Assembly: GCA_031372065.1 (NCBI GenBank)
Contig: JANMKN010000265.1
Coordinates: 1-18,409, forward strand
Direction: 5' to 3'
Origin: Abditibacteriaceae bacterium
GTDB lineage: Bacteria > Armatimonadota > Abditibacteriia > Abditibacteriales > Abditibacteriaceae
DNA: 18,409 nucleotides
Below, piece by piece: positions 7,025-15,824 of the stretch. The stretch's first letter is position 1; the number at the start of each line of letters is the position of its first letter. Made by a program: the position numbers and the translations under genes. The notes under the pieces are model-generated. The model made no database searches, was not told where the DNA came from, and worked only from the letters and a program-made list of their open reading frames with translations.

Positions 7025-9967
7025 ATGCAGAACAAATTTGTAAGTCGTGCCATTGCCTTTTGTGCAGTGGCGATGGTGTTTTCAGGAGTGGCAGACCAAG
7101 CGCGAGCGGCGTTGAACACTCCAGTTTCTGTGACGCTCGTGCCGTTTAAAGATAACTGGGCTTCGGCTCAAGAGCGTTGGTGGGACATCGGATCGTATCG
7201 CAGCGGCACCACGGATCGTTACAACCAATTCAACGATTGGGTCAGTGGCAGCGCAGCCAATGGAAATTTTCAATACGGCGTTACTGGACAGGTGACCCTT
7301 ACTTACGATGCCAATCCCTCGTCTCCTTACTTTGTAGCTCATGTAAGCGCCACAGGATTGAAACCAAATTTTGCTTACCAAATGAAACTAACAGGCAAAC
7401 CAGTTTCGGGTTTGCGTGGTTCAGGAACAGCCAATTCCTATATCACTTCGACTAATAAATTGGCCTCCGGCACGCCGGTAGTGCATAACGTTTATGATGG
7501 CAACGGTAATCTGACTCCGGTGAATGGCGACGACTGGACGAGTCAGCAACTGGGTTATCTGGGCCGCTGGTGGGATGACGAACCGACGCCGCCCGGCACT
7601 AACATCAACGATAGTTATTTTCAGACTTATTATCCGAGCCGCACAGTCTATGGTTACATTTTCTTGGGCGACTTTTTTACCGATGCGCAGGGCAATTGCG
7701 AGAAAGACATCGCGGGGCGCTACAGCTATCACATCACATGGCAGGATTGGCAAAGCGGCATTAAAGATGTCCTCGTGCCGGAATCGCCCTTTTCGATTGG
7801 CGGTTATTTAGACAACAGCGCGCCGACGCATTATTATGCCTACGGCGCGAATGCACCGGCGTCTGGGGCAGCTACCGAAACCGGCAAGGCTTCGCTGAAT
7901 TTGTATTATGAATACGAAGCAAGTCGCTCTGGCGCTGCCGGTTTTATCATGCCCAACGGCAACTATCATTGTCGCTTGCTTTTAACGGAAGAAACTTTCC
8001 ACAACACTTATAGCAACGGCACCAACAAGGCTTTGGGCGGCGTTTGGAAAACCGTCATGGCAACCGAAGATTTTAGTTACAACGGCAACACAGTCACCAG
8101 CCCCGATGCAAATCCGGCCAATGATATTGTCTTCACCATCGGCGCGCCTGCTGTGCCCGCTAATCTGGGCGCGAGTGCAAATAATGGGCAGGTTAATCTG
8201 AACTGGACAGCCGTTTCGGGCGCTTCGACTTACAATGTCAAACGTCGCACTGGAAATGGTGCGTATAGCGTGCTGACGACTGGCGTAACGGTGCCCAATT
8301 ACACAGATGCGGGCGTTTTGCCCGGCCTGACTTACAGCTATGTAGTTGCCGCCGTTAATGCCATTGGCGAAGGCGCCGCGTCCAACGAAGCCGGTGTCAC
8401 ATTGGCGCCCGCACCGCCTACTTTGAGCGCCACGGCAGGCGATGGACAGGTCACTTTAAACTGGACAGCCAGCACGGGTGCGGTTAGTTATAACGTCAAG
8501 CGATTGAACGATAACGCGGTGGCTAACGGAACAGGCACCACTTTCACCGATAGCAATTTGACGAACGGCACAACTTACAATTATGTGGTGTCCGCTGTCA
8601 ACGCCGGAGGCGAAAGCGCCGCTTCCAATCAAGCCAGCGCCATGCCACTTCCCGCGCCTGCGGCTCCAACGGATTTAAGTGCTACAGCAGGCAACGCGCA
8701 AATTAATCTGTCGTGGACGGCTATCAGTGGCGCCACCAGCTACAATCTCCAGCGCGGCACCACCAGCGGCGTTTACAACACAACTATCGCGGTGCCCGAT
8801 GCGGGCACGCCCACCGTCACCTATTCCGATGCCAATTTAAGCAACGGCACAGCGTATTATTATGTGGTGTCTGCCGTGAATTCGGCGGGTTCGAGTAGTG
8901 TTTCCAACGAAGCGAGTGCCACACCACAAGGCCCGCCGCCTGCGCCCACAGCATTAACGGCAACTGCCGCTGCGGGTCAAGTCACGCTCAATTGGTCTGC
9001 CAGTGTCGGCGCCACCAGTTACGCTGTTTATCGCGCGACGACATCGAACGGCCAAAGCGCGATGCCATTGGTCTCTGGCCTCACGACCACATCTTACACC
9101 GATGCAGCGGTTGTCAACGGCACCACCTATTTTTATAAAGTGTCGGCAACCAATGCGGCAGGTGAGAGCGCACAGTCGGTAGAAGCCAGCGAGACGCCTA
9201 TCATCGGCACCGCTGCCACGCCAATTATCACGCCCAATGGCGGCTCGTTTTTTGGCAAGGCGACGGTGACCATCACAGACGCCACGCCGAGCGCAACGCT
9301 TTATTACACCACCAACGGCAGCACTCCAACAACGAGTTCGACGCTTTACACAGGAGCCATTACGCTACTCGCTTCAGCTACCATTAAGGCCAAAGCTTTT
9401 GCCTCTGGTTATGCCGATAGCGCCGTCGCCAGCGCAACGTTTAATGTTCAAACCAGTGTCAGCATGAATCCGACAGCGGATGCTCATGTAAGCGGCGGCA
9501 ACAGTGCAACAACAAATTTCGGCAACGCGACCAGTTTGGAAGTAAAAACCAGCACCAGCGCCAAAGAAAACCGCGATGCTTACCTTAAATTCGACTTGAA
9601 CAGTTTGGGCACAGTCGGCAGCCTGAGTAGTGTCAAATTACGTTTTTATGGACATCTGGCCGGTTCCGGCACCAATACCAGCCTGACGACCACGCTTTAC
9701 AGCGTGTCCAATACCACTTGGACGGAAACGGGCATCAACTGGAATAACAAACCCGCCTTGGGCAGCGCGCTCGGCACAAAAACCGTGACGGGAACGACTT
9801 ATGCGTGGTATGAATTGGATGTAACTGCTTATATCCAGCAAGAGTTGAATGCCGGGCGCCGCATCATCACATTAGCGCTGCATGACACGGCGAACACCAA
9901 TCCCAACATCCAAGCCAATTCGCGCGAGGCTTCGACCAATAAGCCTGTGCTTGTTGTATCCGGTTAA
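7025..9967 (+). CDS. Large secreted modular protein: unassigned N-domain, 4x fibronectin type III, Fn3-associated/chitobiase C-terminal-like domain, DNRLRE/CBM96-like domain
   Basis: Signal peptide (..DQARA). Four FN3 units (~8144-9200) with L-x-W, Y-x-V/L and YxVxAxNxxG patterns. TPIITPNGG..LYYTTNGSTPT (~9208-9450). PTADAHV..AYLKFDL..WTETGINWNNKP..SREA..PVLVV (~9460-9967). Confidence 0.85.
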   Translation: MQNKFVSRAIAFCAVAMVFSGVADQARAALNTPVSVTLVPFKDNWASAQERWWDIGSYRSGTTDRYNQFNDWVSGSAANGNFQYGVTGQVTLTYDANPSSPYFVAHVSATGLKPNFAYQMKLTGKPVSGLRGSGTANSYITSTNKLASGTPVVHNVYDGNGNLTPVNGDDWTSQQLGYLGRWWDDEPTPPGTNINDSYFQTYYPSRTVYGYIFLGDFFTDAQGNCEKDIAGRYSYHITWQDWQSGIKDVLVPESPFSIGGYLDNSAPTHYYAYGANAPASGAATETGKASLNLYYEYEASRSGAAGFIMPNGNYHCRLLLTEETFHNTYSNGTNKALGGVWKTVMATEDFSYNGNTVTSPDANPANDIVFTIGAPAVPANLGASANNGQVNLNWTAVSGASTYNVKRRTGNGAYSVLTTGVTVPNYTDAGVLPGLTYSYVVAAVNAIGEGAASNEAGVTLAPAPPTLSATAGDGQVTLNWTASTGAVSYNVKRLNDNAVANGTGTTFTDSNLTNGTTYNYVVSAVNAGGESAASNQASAMPLPAPAAPTDLSATAGNAQINLSWTAISGATSYNLQRGTTSGVYNTTIAVPDAGTPTVTYSDANLSNGTAYYYVVSAVNSAGSSSVSNEASATPQGPPPAPTALTATAAAGQVTLNWSASVGATSYAVYRATTSNGQSAMPLVSGLTTTSYTDAAVVNGTTYFYKVSATNAAGESAQSVEASETPIIGTAATPIITPNGGSFFGKATVTITDATPSATLYYTTNGSTPTTSSTLYTGAITLLASATIKAKAFASGYADSAVASATFNVQTSVSMNPTADAHVSGGNSATTNFGNATSLEVKTSTSAKENRDAYLKFDLNSLGTVGSLSSVKLRFYGHLAGSGTNTSLTTTLYSVSNTTWTETGINWNNKPALGSALGTKTVTGTTYAWYELDVTAYIQQELNAGRRIITLALHDTANTNPNIQANSREASTNKPVLVVSG

Positions 9968-9979
9968 ATAGGGCGCAGG

Positions 9980-10025
9980 AAACGTGAGGGCCACGACAAT
10001 TAATTGTCGTGGCCCTCACGTTTTT
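9980..10025 (+). terminator. Rho-independent terminator formed by a perfect 44-bp palindrome
   Basis: AAACGTGAGGGCCACGACAATT|AATTGTCGTGGCCCTCACGTTT (9980-10023) ending in a T5 run, 12 nt after the FN3 gene stop. Confidence 0.85.
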
Positions 10026-10083
10026 GAAAGGAAAATGCAGGCAGCAATGACCAACATGCCAACGCGCAGTTGAGCCATTTGGT

Positions 10084-10089
10084 TATAAT
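10084..10089 (+). promoter_or_regulatory. -10 box (TATAAT) of a probable leaderless transcript
   Basis: TATAAT lies 7 nt upstream of ATG 10097, with no Shine-Dalgarno (CCCCCTC precedes the ATG). Confidence 0.55.
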
Positions 10090-10096
10090 CCCCCTC

Positions 10097-10966
10097 ATGG
10101 CGCGGCGTGTTTTTCTTCTTTTAGGTTTGGTTTTAGCTGGCTGCGCGGCGCCACCAACACAGCAAAAACCAGCGACTTCTTTAGCGTTGCCCAAAGACGA
10201 TTTGGGCCGCGAAATCAAATTTTCGGCTGTGCCAAAGCGCATAATCTCCCTCGCGCCGGGCGTGACCGAAACGATTTTCGCGCTCGGCGAAGGCCACAAA
10301 ATCGTGGCGCGCGACCAAAGTGCCGATTATCCACCCGCAGCGAAAGAACTGCCTGTCGTGGCCGATTTTAATGGCCCGTTTTTTGAAAAAGTCGTCGCAG
10401 TGCGCCCCGATTTACTGATTCAACAAGGCGAAACCTACGACGCGGCGCGCATTGAACTCTGGCAGCGCAAATGCGCTGTGCCTGTCGCGCTTTTGCAGCC
10501 GAAATCTATCATAGAAGTGCAAAGTGGCATCGAAAAAATCGCAAAATGGCTCGGCGTGCCCGAAAAAGCCGCCGCGCTCAATAAAACCTTCCCCCAACCT
10601 GTAAAAACCAGCAAAATCACGGTCTTTTTTGAAGTCGGACGCCAGCCTTTATGGACAACCGGCAGCGATACCTTTATCGGCGATGCGCTGAAGCATTTGG
10701 GTTATCGTAACGTGGCAAACATCAAAGGCTACAAGCAATTCAGCCTCGAAAGTCTGGCGAAGGCCAATCCCGATTTTTATATCGTCACCTCGGCAAAACC
10801 AGATATTAAACAATCGCTGCGCGAATTACGCGCCGTGCCCGCCTTGCGTGATTTAAAATGTATTCGGCAAGGCAACGTTGTTGTGGTGCCCGCCGATTGG
10901 ATTTTGAGACCGGGGCCTCGTTTGGCAAAGGGCATGAGAGAAATTGAAAAACAAATCAACCGCTAA
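10097..10966 (+). CDS. ABC transporter substrate-binding lipoprotein (BtuF/FhuD helical-backbone family)
   Basis: Lipobox LAGC; DDLGREI..PKRIISLAPGVTETIFALG, EKVVAVRPDL, TTGSDTFIGD, ILRPGPRL, a pattern typical of BtuF-like proteins. Confidence 0.92.
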   Translation: MARRVFLLLGLVLAGCAAPPTQQKPATSLALPKDDLGREIKFSAVPKRIISLAPGVTETIFALGEGHKIVARDQSADYPPAAKELPVVADFNGPFFEKVVAVRPDLLIQQGETYDAARIELWQRKCAVPVALLQPKSIIEVQSGIEKIAKWLGVPEKAAALNKTFPQPVKTSKITVFFEVGRQPLWTTGSDTFIGDALKHLGYRNVANIKGYKQFSLESLAKANPDFYIVTSAKPDIKQSLRELRAVPALRDLKCIRQGNVVVVPADWILRPGPRLAKGMREIEKQINR

Positions 10967-11100
10967 ACTTCGTTACGCAAAAACGGCGTCCAAACAACGC
11001 AATTTTGGGTGACTTTTTGCGAAATAAAATCGCGTCGTCGGGTGCCATCTGGGCAGGATGCCGTTTTTGCGCGTTTTCGCGGCTAATCAGGAGATTTTCT

Positions 11101-12966
11101 ATGTGTGGCATTGTTGGATATATCGGAGATGGATCGGCGACAGCCGTATTGATTGTTGGACTAACGAAATTGGAATATCGCGGCTACGATTCCGCAGGCG
11201 TGGCGATTGTCAACGGACATGGCGTGCAATTGCGCCGCACCGTCGGCAAATTAAAAGCGCTGGAAGATTCCTTAAACGCCGACCCGATTGATGGGCACGT
11301 TGGCATCGCGCACACGCGCTGGGCCACGCACGGCGAACCGAATGAAATCAACTCACATCCGCACCGCGACGCAACGGAATCGGTTTTCGTGTGCCACAAC
11401 GGCATCATCGAAAACTACGCTGAATTGCGCCGCGAATTGCAAGAACAAGGCGTCGAATTCCGTTCGCAAACCGACACCGAAGTGCTGCCGAATTTAATTA
11501 AGCGCGCCTACGACGAATGCGGCGATTTGCCGCAAGCGGTTCGCATGGCGCTTGCCAAAGTGCGCGGCGCTTATGCGATTTCGGTGCTGCACAAAGACGT
11601 GCCGGACATTTTGGTAGCGGCACGTCAGGCCTCGCCCCTGATTGTCGGTTTGGGGCAAGGCGAAAATTTTTGCGCGTCGGATGTGCCCGCCATTCTCAAC
11701 AAAACGCGCCGCGTGATTTTTCTCGATGACGGCGAAATGGCGGTTTTGCGCGCTGATGAAGTCGAAGTTTGCGACATTGACGATGGCAAAGTGCGCCATA
11801 AATCCGTCGCGCACATCGAATGGTCAGCCGAGCAAGCCGAAAAAGGCGAATGGCCGCATTTTATGCTCAAGGAAATCCACGAGCAGCCGCAAGTTTTGCG
11901 CAATTTGCTGGCACGTTATACCAACGAACGCGGCGAAGTGATTCTCAACGACATCGGTTTAACCGATGACCAATTGCGCGGCGTCAAACGCATTTTCATT
12001 CAAGCCTGCGGCACCAGTTGGCATTCGGGATTGATTGGCAAACTCTTGCTCGAACGCTTGGGCATGGTCGCCGTAGATGTGGATACCAGCAGCGAATTTC
12101 GCTATCGCAACGTCGCCGACCACGCGCGCGGCGCCATTTTGCACCATGACACGCTGGTGATTGGCATCTCCCAAAGCGGAGAAACGGCAGATACCAAAGC
12201 GGGACTCGAAGAAGCCAAAACGCGCGGCTTGAAAGTGCTTTCGATTGTCAATGTCGTCGGCAGCGCCATCGCACGCTTGTCCGATGGTGTGATTTATTCC
12301 AACGCCGGGCCGGAAATTTCCGTGGCATCCACCAAAGCCTTCACCGCGCAAATCGGCGCTTTGTATTTGCTGAGTTTGAAATTGGGCCAAGTGCATGGTC
12401 TTGTGGACGAAGATCGCATGAAGCGCCGCCTCGAACGTCTGGCGCAATTGCCGGAAATGCTCGAACAAATCTTGGCCGATGACAGCGCCGTTCGTGCCGT
12501 CGCCGAAAAATATCACAAGTCCGAACACGCGCTTTTCATCGGGCGCGGCTATGGCTATCCCAGCGCTTTGGAAGGCGCCTTGAAGTTGAAAGAGATTTCC
12601 TACATTCACGCCGAAGGCTATTCGGCGGGCGAATTAAAGCACGGCCCACTGGCCTTGATTGACGAAAATATGCCGGTTGTAGCAATCGCCAACGCGCGGC
12701 GCGGCAGTGTGGTTTATGAAAAAATCTTGTCCAATATGCAAGAAGTCAAAGCGCGCAAAGGCCAAATCATCGCCATTGCCGACAGCGACGACCACGAAAT
12801 CGCCGACAAAGCCGATTTCGTCATTCCCGTCCCTGAAGTAACCGAAAGCCTATCGCCCTTTGTCACCGCGATTCCCTTACAAATGCTGGCCTACCACATC
12901 GCCGTTTTGCGCGGCTTCGACGTTGACCAACCGAGAAATCTGGCGAAGAGCGTCACGGTGGAGTAA
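11101..12966 (+). CDS. glmS: Glutamine--fructose-6-phosphate aminotransferase (isomerizing)
   Basis: N-terminal MCGIVG (Ntn Cys), LEYRGYDSAG, AHTRWATHG, ISQSGETAD, VASTKAFT, C-terminal PRNLAKSVTVE; AGGAG Shine-Dalgarno upstream. Confidence 0.99.
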   Translation: MCGIVGYIGDGSATAVLIVGLTKLEYRGYDSAGVAIVNGHGVQLRRTVGKLKALEDSLNADPIDGHVGIAHTRWATHGEPNEINSHPHRDATESVFVCHNGIIENYAELRRELQEQGVEFRSQTDTEVLPNLIKRAYDECGDLPQAVRMALAKVRGAYAISVLHKDVPDILVAARQASPLIVGLGQGENFCASDVPAILNKTRRVIFLDDGEMAVLRADEVEVCDIDDGKVRHKSVAHIEWSAEQAEKGEWPHFMLKEIHEQPQVLRNLLARYTNERGEVILNDIGLTDDQLRGVKRIFIQACGTSWHSGLIGKLLLERLGMVAVDVDTSSEFRYRNVADHARGAILHHDTLVIGISQSGETADTKAGLEEAKTRGLKVLSIVNVVGSAIARLSDGVIYSNAGPEISVASTKAFTAQIGALYLLSLKLGQVHGLVDEDRMKRRLERLAQLPEMLEQILADDSAVRAVAEKYHKSEHALFIGRGYGYPSALEGALKLKEISYIHAEGYSAGELKHGPLALIDENMPVVAIANARRGSVVYEKILSNMQEVKARKGQIIAIADSDDHEIADKADFVIPVPEVTESLSPFVTAIPLQMLAYHIAVLRGFDVDQPRNLAKSVTVE

Positions 12967-13029
12967 TAAAAACAACACACGACAATGAGGCACAATAAGC
13001 ATCGCGCAGATTACGACTGGACATCGTGC

Positions 13030-14934
13030 TTATACTGTATCATTCTGTTTTTTGAACATCACCGTAGCTAACGGCGGCAGTGTGATGGCAATGGAATAGG
13101 GCTGGCCATGCCACGGTTTATCATCCGCCAATACAAGCCCCATATTGCCCACATTACTGCCTGCATAAAGTGCTGAATCGGTGTTGAGAATTTCCTGATA
13201 AGCGCCCGAATAGGGCACGCCGAGGCGATAGGCTTCACGCACAAGCGGCGTGAAATGGCTCACGGCGATAACCGATTCGCGTTTCTTTTTGGCATGACGC
13301 AAAAAAGCGATAACACTGCCCTCGATGTCGCTGCCATCAATCCATTCAAAGCCGGTGTGATGAAAATCGTCTTCGTGCAACGCAGCTTCGCTTTGCAGTA
13401 AACGATTCAAGTCGCGCACCAAAGTTTGCACGCCTTGATGCGTGGGCGCCTGCAAAACATCCCATTCGATGCTGCCTTCGAAAGCCCATTCCGTCCACTG
13501 GGCGATTTCGCCGCCCATGAAGAGTAATTTCTTGCCCGGATGCGCCCACATGAACGCCAAATACGCGCGTAAATTGGCGAATTGTTGCCACTCGTCGCCC
13601 GGCATTTTATTGAGCAGCGATTTTTTCAAATGCACCACTTCATCGTGCGAAAGCGGCAAAATATAATTCTCGTTGAAGGCATAAACAAGACTAAAAGTCA
13701 TCTCGCTCTGGTGCCAACGGCGATGAACCGGCTCGTATTTCATATAGTGCAGGCTGTCGTTCATCCAGCCCATATTCCACTTCATGCTAAAGCCCAAACC
13801 GCCCAAGTAGGTCGGCATCGTCACCATCGGCCACGAGGTAGATTCTTCGGCAATGGTCAGCACCCCCGGAAACACGCCATGCACCGCTTCATTGACTTTA
13901 CGCAACAATGAAATGGCGCCGAGGTTTTCGTGACCACCGTAAACATTGGGCAGCCAGTCGCCATCTTCGCGCGAATAATTGAGATACAACATTGAGGCTA
14001 CCGCATCTACGCGCAGGCCATCGAAGTGAAATTTTTCTATCCAGAACATCGCATTCGACAGCAGAAAAGTGCGCACTTCGTTGCGGTCGTAATTGAAAAT
14101 GAGTGTGCCCCAATCAACGTGTTCGCCTTGACGCGGATCGGCGTGCGAATATAAATGCGTGCCGTCGAAATAATTAAGTCCCGAACCGTCTTTGGGAAAA
14201 TGCGCGGGCACCCAGTCCAGAATCACGCCGATGTCGTTTTGGTGACATTGGTCAATGAAATACATCAAGTCCTGCGGCGTGCCGAACCGGCTGGTCGCCG
14301 CGTAAAACCCCATCACCTGATAGCCCCACGAGGCATCTAACGGATGTTCCGTAATGGGCAACAATTCGATGTGCGTGAAGCCTAATTTCTTGACGTAGGG
14401 AATCATTTCCGCTGCCATCTCGTGATAAGTCAGATAGCGCAAGCCCCATTTGTCGTCAATTTCTTTGCGCCACGAGCCAAGATGCACTTCGTAAATCGAA
14501 AGCGGGCGATCAAGTGCCTGATGACGGGGCCGGTTTCCAATCCACTCGCTATCGTGCCATTCATACGAATCGAGATCAGTCACTACCGACGCGGTGCGCG
14601 GGCGCTGTTCCATCGCAAAGCCATACGGGTCGGCCTTGTCGTAACATTCGCCGCCGATGCCTTGCACGCGATATTTGTAAACCGCATGGACTTCAAGGCC
14701 GGGCACAAATAATTCCCAGATGCCATTTTGTCCGGGATTCATCGGCTGATTTGAATCGTGCCAGCCATTGAAATCGCCCATTAGCCACACTTGGCGCGCG
14801 TTCGGCGCCCAAACGGAAAACTGCACGCCGCTTTTGCCCTTGTGCGAGGTCAAATGCGCGCCCATTTTTTCATAAACGCGCTCGTGTGTGCCTTCGGCGA
14901 AGAAATGTAAATCTTGATCGGAGAACCAGGTCAT
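13030..14934 (-). CDS. glgB: 1,4-alpha-glucan branching enzyme (GH13, short form without N-terminal extension)
   Basis: [57 protein letters not shown]. Confidence 0.97.
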   Translation of the reverse strand: MTWFSDQDLHFFAEGTHERVYEKMGAHLTSHKGKSGVQFSVWAPNARQVWLMGDFNGWHDSNQPMNPGQNGIWELFVPGLEVHAVYKYRVQGIGGECYDKADPYGFAMEQRPRTASVVTDLDSYEWHDSEWIGNRPRHQALDRPLSIYEVHLGSWRKEIDDKWGLRYLTYHEMAAEMIPYVKKLGFTHIELLPITEHPLDASWGYQVMGFYAATSRFGTPQDLMYFIDQCHQNDIGVILDWVPAHFPKDGSGLNYFDGTHLYSHADPRQGEHVDWGTLIFNYDRNEVRTFLLSNAMFWIEKFHFDGLRVDAVASMLYLNYSREDGDWLPNVYGGHENLGAISLLRKVNEAVHGVFPGVLTIAEESTSWPMVTMPTYLGGLGFSMKWNMGWMNDSLHYMKYEPVHRRWHQSEMTFSLVYAFNENYILPLSHDEVVHLKKSLLNKMPGDEWQQFANLRAYLAFMWAHPGKKLLFMGGEIAQWTEWAFEGSIEWDVLQAPTHQGVQTLVRDLNRLLQSEAALHEDDFHHTGFEWIDGSDIEGSVIAFLRHAKKKRESVIAVSHFTPLVREAYRLGVPYSGAYQEILNTDSALYAGSNVGNMGLVLADDKPWHGQPYSIAITLPPLATVMFKKQNDTV

Positions 14935-14937
14935 AGG

Positions 14938-15004
14938 AATTGAAAATCGCAAATTGAAAGGGAGAAAATACGTTTCTTCTCTACTCTCAATTCTAACCTT
15001 TCAG
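14938..15004. repeat. Degenerate heptamer repeats in two opposed blocks upstream of glgB
   Basis: AATTGAA AATCGCA AATTGAA AGGGAGA followed by a roughly complementary block TTCTCTA CTCTCAA TTCTAAC CTTTCAG. Confidence 0.5.
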
Positions 15005-15079
15005 AAGAAAACGCGCCGAAAACCTCTACTCCTGCAGCGCGTATTTTGAGCCATAATTTTGAGCTATACGAATTTTCAA

Positions 15080-15655
15080 GTAAAGGCACCCACGCCGCAA
15101 GCGGCGGGGCATTGAGAGAGAACCGTTAGGCCTCGAAAAGCTTAAGTTGGAGGTCTGGGGATTTGTCATCACGATGGTTCTGAATGTATCTTTTGATGAC
15201 TTCAGCCGTTATTTTGTCGCCAACCGTGCGCGCAAAGCAGCCGTCTTCCCAGAATTGCCCTCCCCACAACTGACGCTTGATTTGCGGGTGTTCCTGAAAA
15301 ATCGCCCGCGCACTCAAACTCTTCAAGCGAGTCACCACCTGCGTGATTGAATACTTGGGTGGAAATGAACAAAAGATATGAACATGATCCTCGCTCAATT
15401 CCAATTCCTCGATTTCGATCCCGTAGGACTCACCGATCTCAAGAAACAATTCGCGCATGCGTTCTCCCACCACACCCGACAAAATTTTCTTGCGGTATTT
15501 GGGTGCCCACACCAAATGGTATTGCGTGTCATAAACATTGTGAGAACTTCGCCGAAGAGCCATGATTGTATTGTAACGCCCATGCTTTTTCAGCGGCTAC
15601 GCCGCTGCGCTCTTTCCTCCCCGCCGCAAGCGACGGGGTATCCAGAGCGATTCTA
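15080..15655 (-). mobile_element. IS200/IS605-family insertion sequence, tnpA-only (~576 bp)
   Basis: tnpA flanked by related subterminal hairpins CCCACGCCGCAAGCGGCGGGG (15089-15109) and CCCCGCCGCAAGCGACGGGG (15619-15638). Ends are inferred on the minus strand: left after TTCAT (15660-15656), right at ..TTAC (15080). No target duplication, as expected for this family. Confidence 0.85.
15126..15563 (-). CDS. tnpA: IS200/IS605 family Y1 (HUH) transposase
   Basis: YHLVWAPKYRK, HUH motif DHVHIF, LKSLSAR, LWGGQFW, catalytic Tyr in IKRYIQNH. Confidence 0.97.
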   Translation of the reverse strand: MALRRSSHNVYDTQYHLVWAPKYRKKILSGVVGERMRELFLEIGESYGIEIEELELSEDHVHIFCSFPPKYSITQVVTRLKSLSARAIFQEHPQIKRQLWGGQFWEDGCFARTVGDKITAEVIKRYIQNHRDDKSPDLQLKLFEA

Positions 15656-15824
15656 ATGAAATAATGCATACTAAGGAAGAAAGCGGAGAGAACACATAGC
15701 AAATGACAATTCTCACGAGGCGCGCCGTTTTCCGACAAAAACACTTTTCTCAACGAAGGGCTACGCTACGCTGCCAGATGAAACGTTACATTCGGCGGTT
15801 TAGCAATCACATTTCGCATTCTCC

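Noticed and set aside
9900..9967. FN3 protein as a substrate of the nearby sortase
   Set aside because: Its C-terminus (..KPVLVVSG) lacks an LPxTG motif, TM helix and basic tail.
10967..11100. glmS ribozyme upstream of glmS
   Set aside because: The intergenic region is only 134 nt and I see no recognisable ribozyme core; an Infernal search with the Rfam glmS model would settle it.
11005..11100. Longer ORF-track starts for glmS, and likewise 1480, 2385, 4937, 5994, 7013, 10070, 14952 and 17435
   Set aside because: Downstream ATGs fit better: GlmS needs Cys at position 2, and signal peptides, Shine-Dalgarno positions and gene overlaps favour the shorter starts.
15661..15824. A third rplL tail or terminator copy that would make the antiporter part of a cassette array
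   Set aside because: No CCTTGACTTCGA core or GCCGCACAGGG hairpin found upstream of the antiporter by eye.
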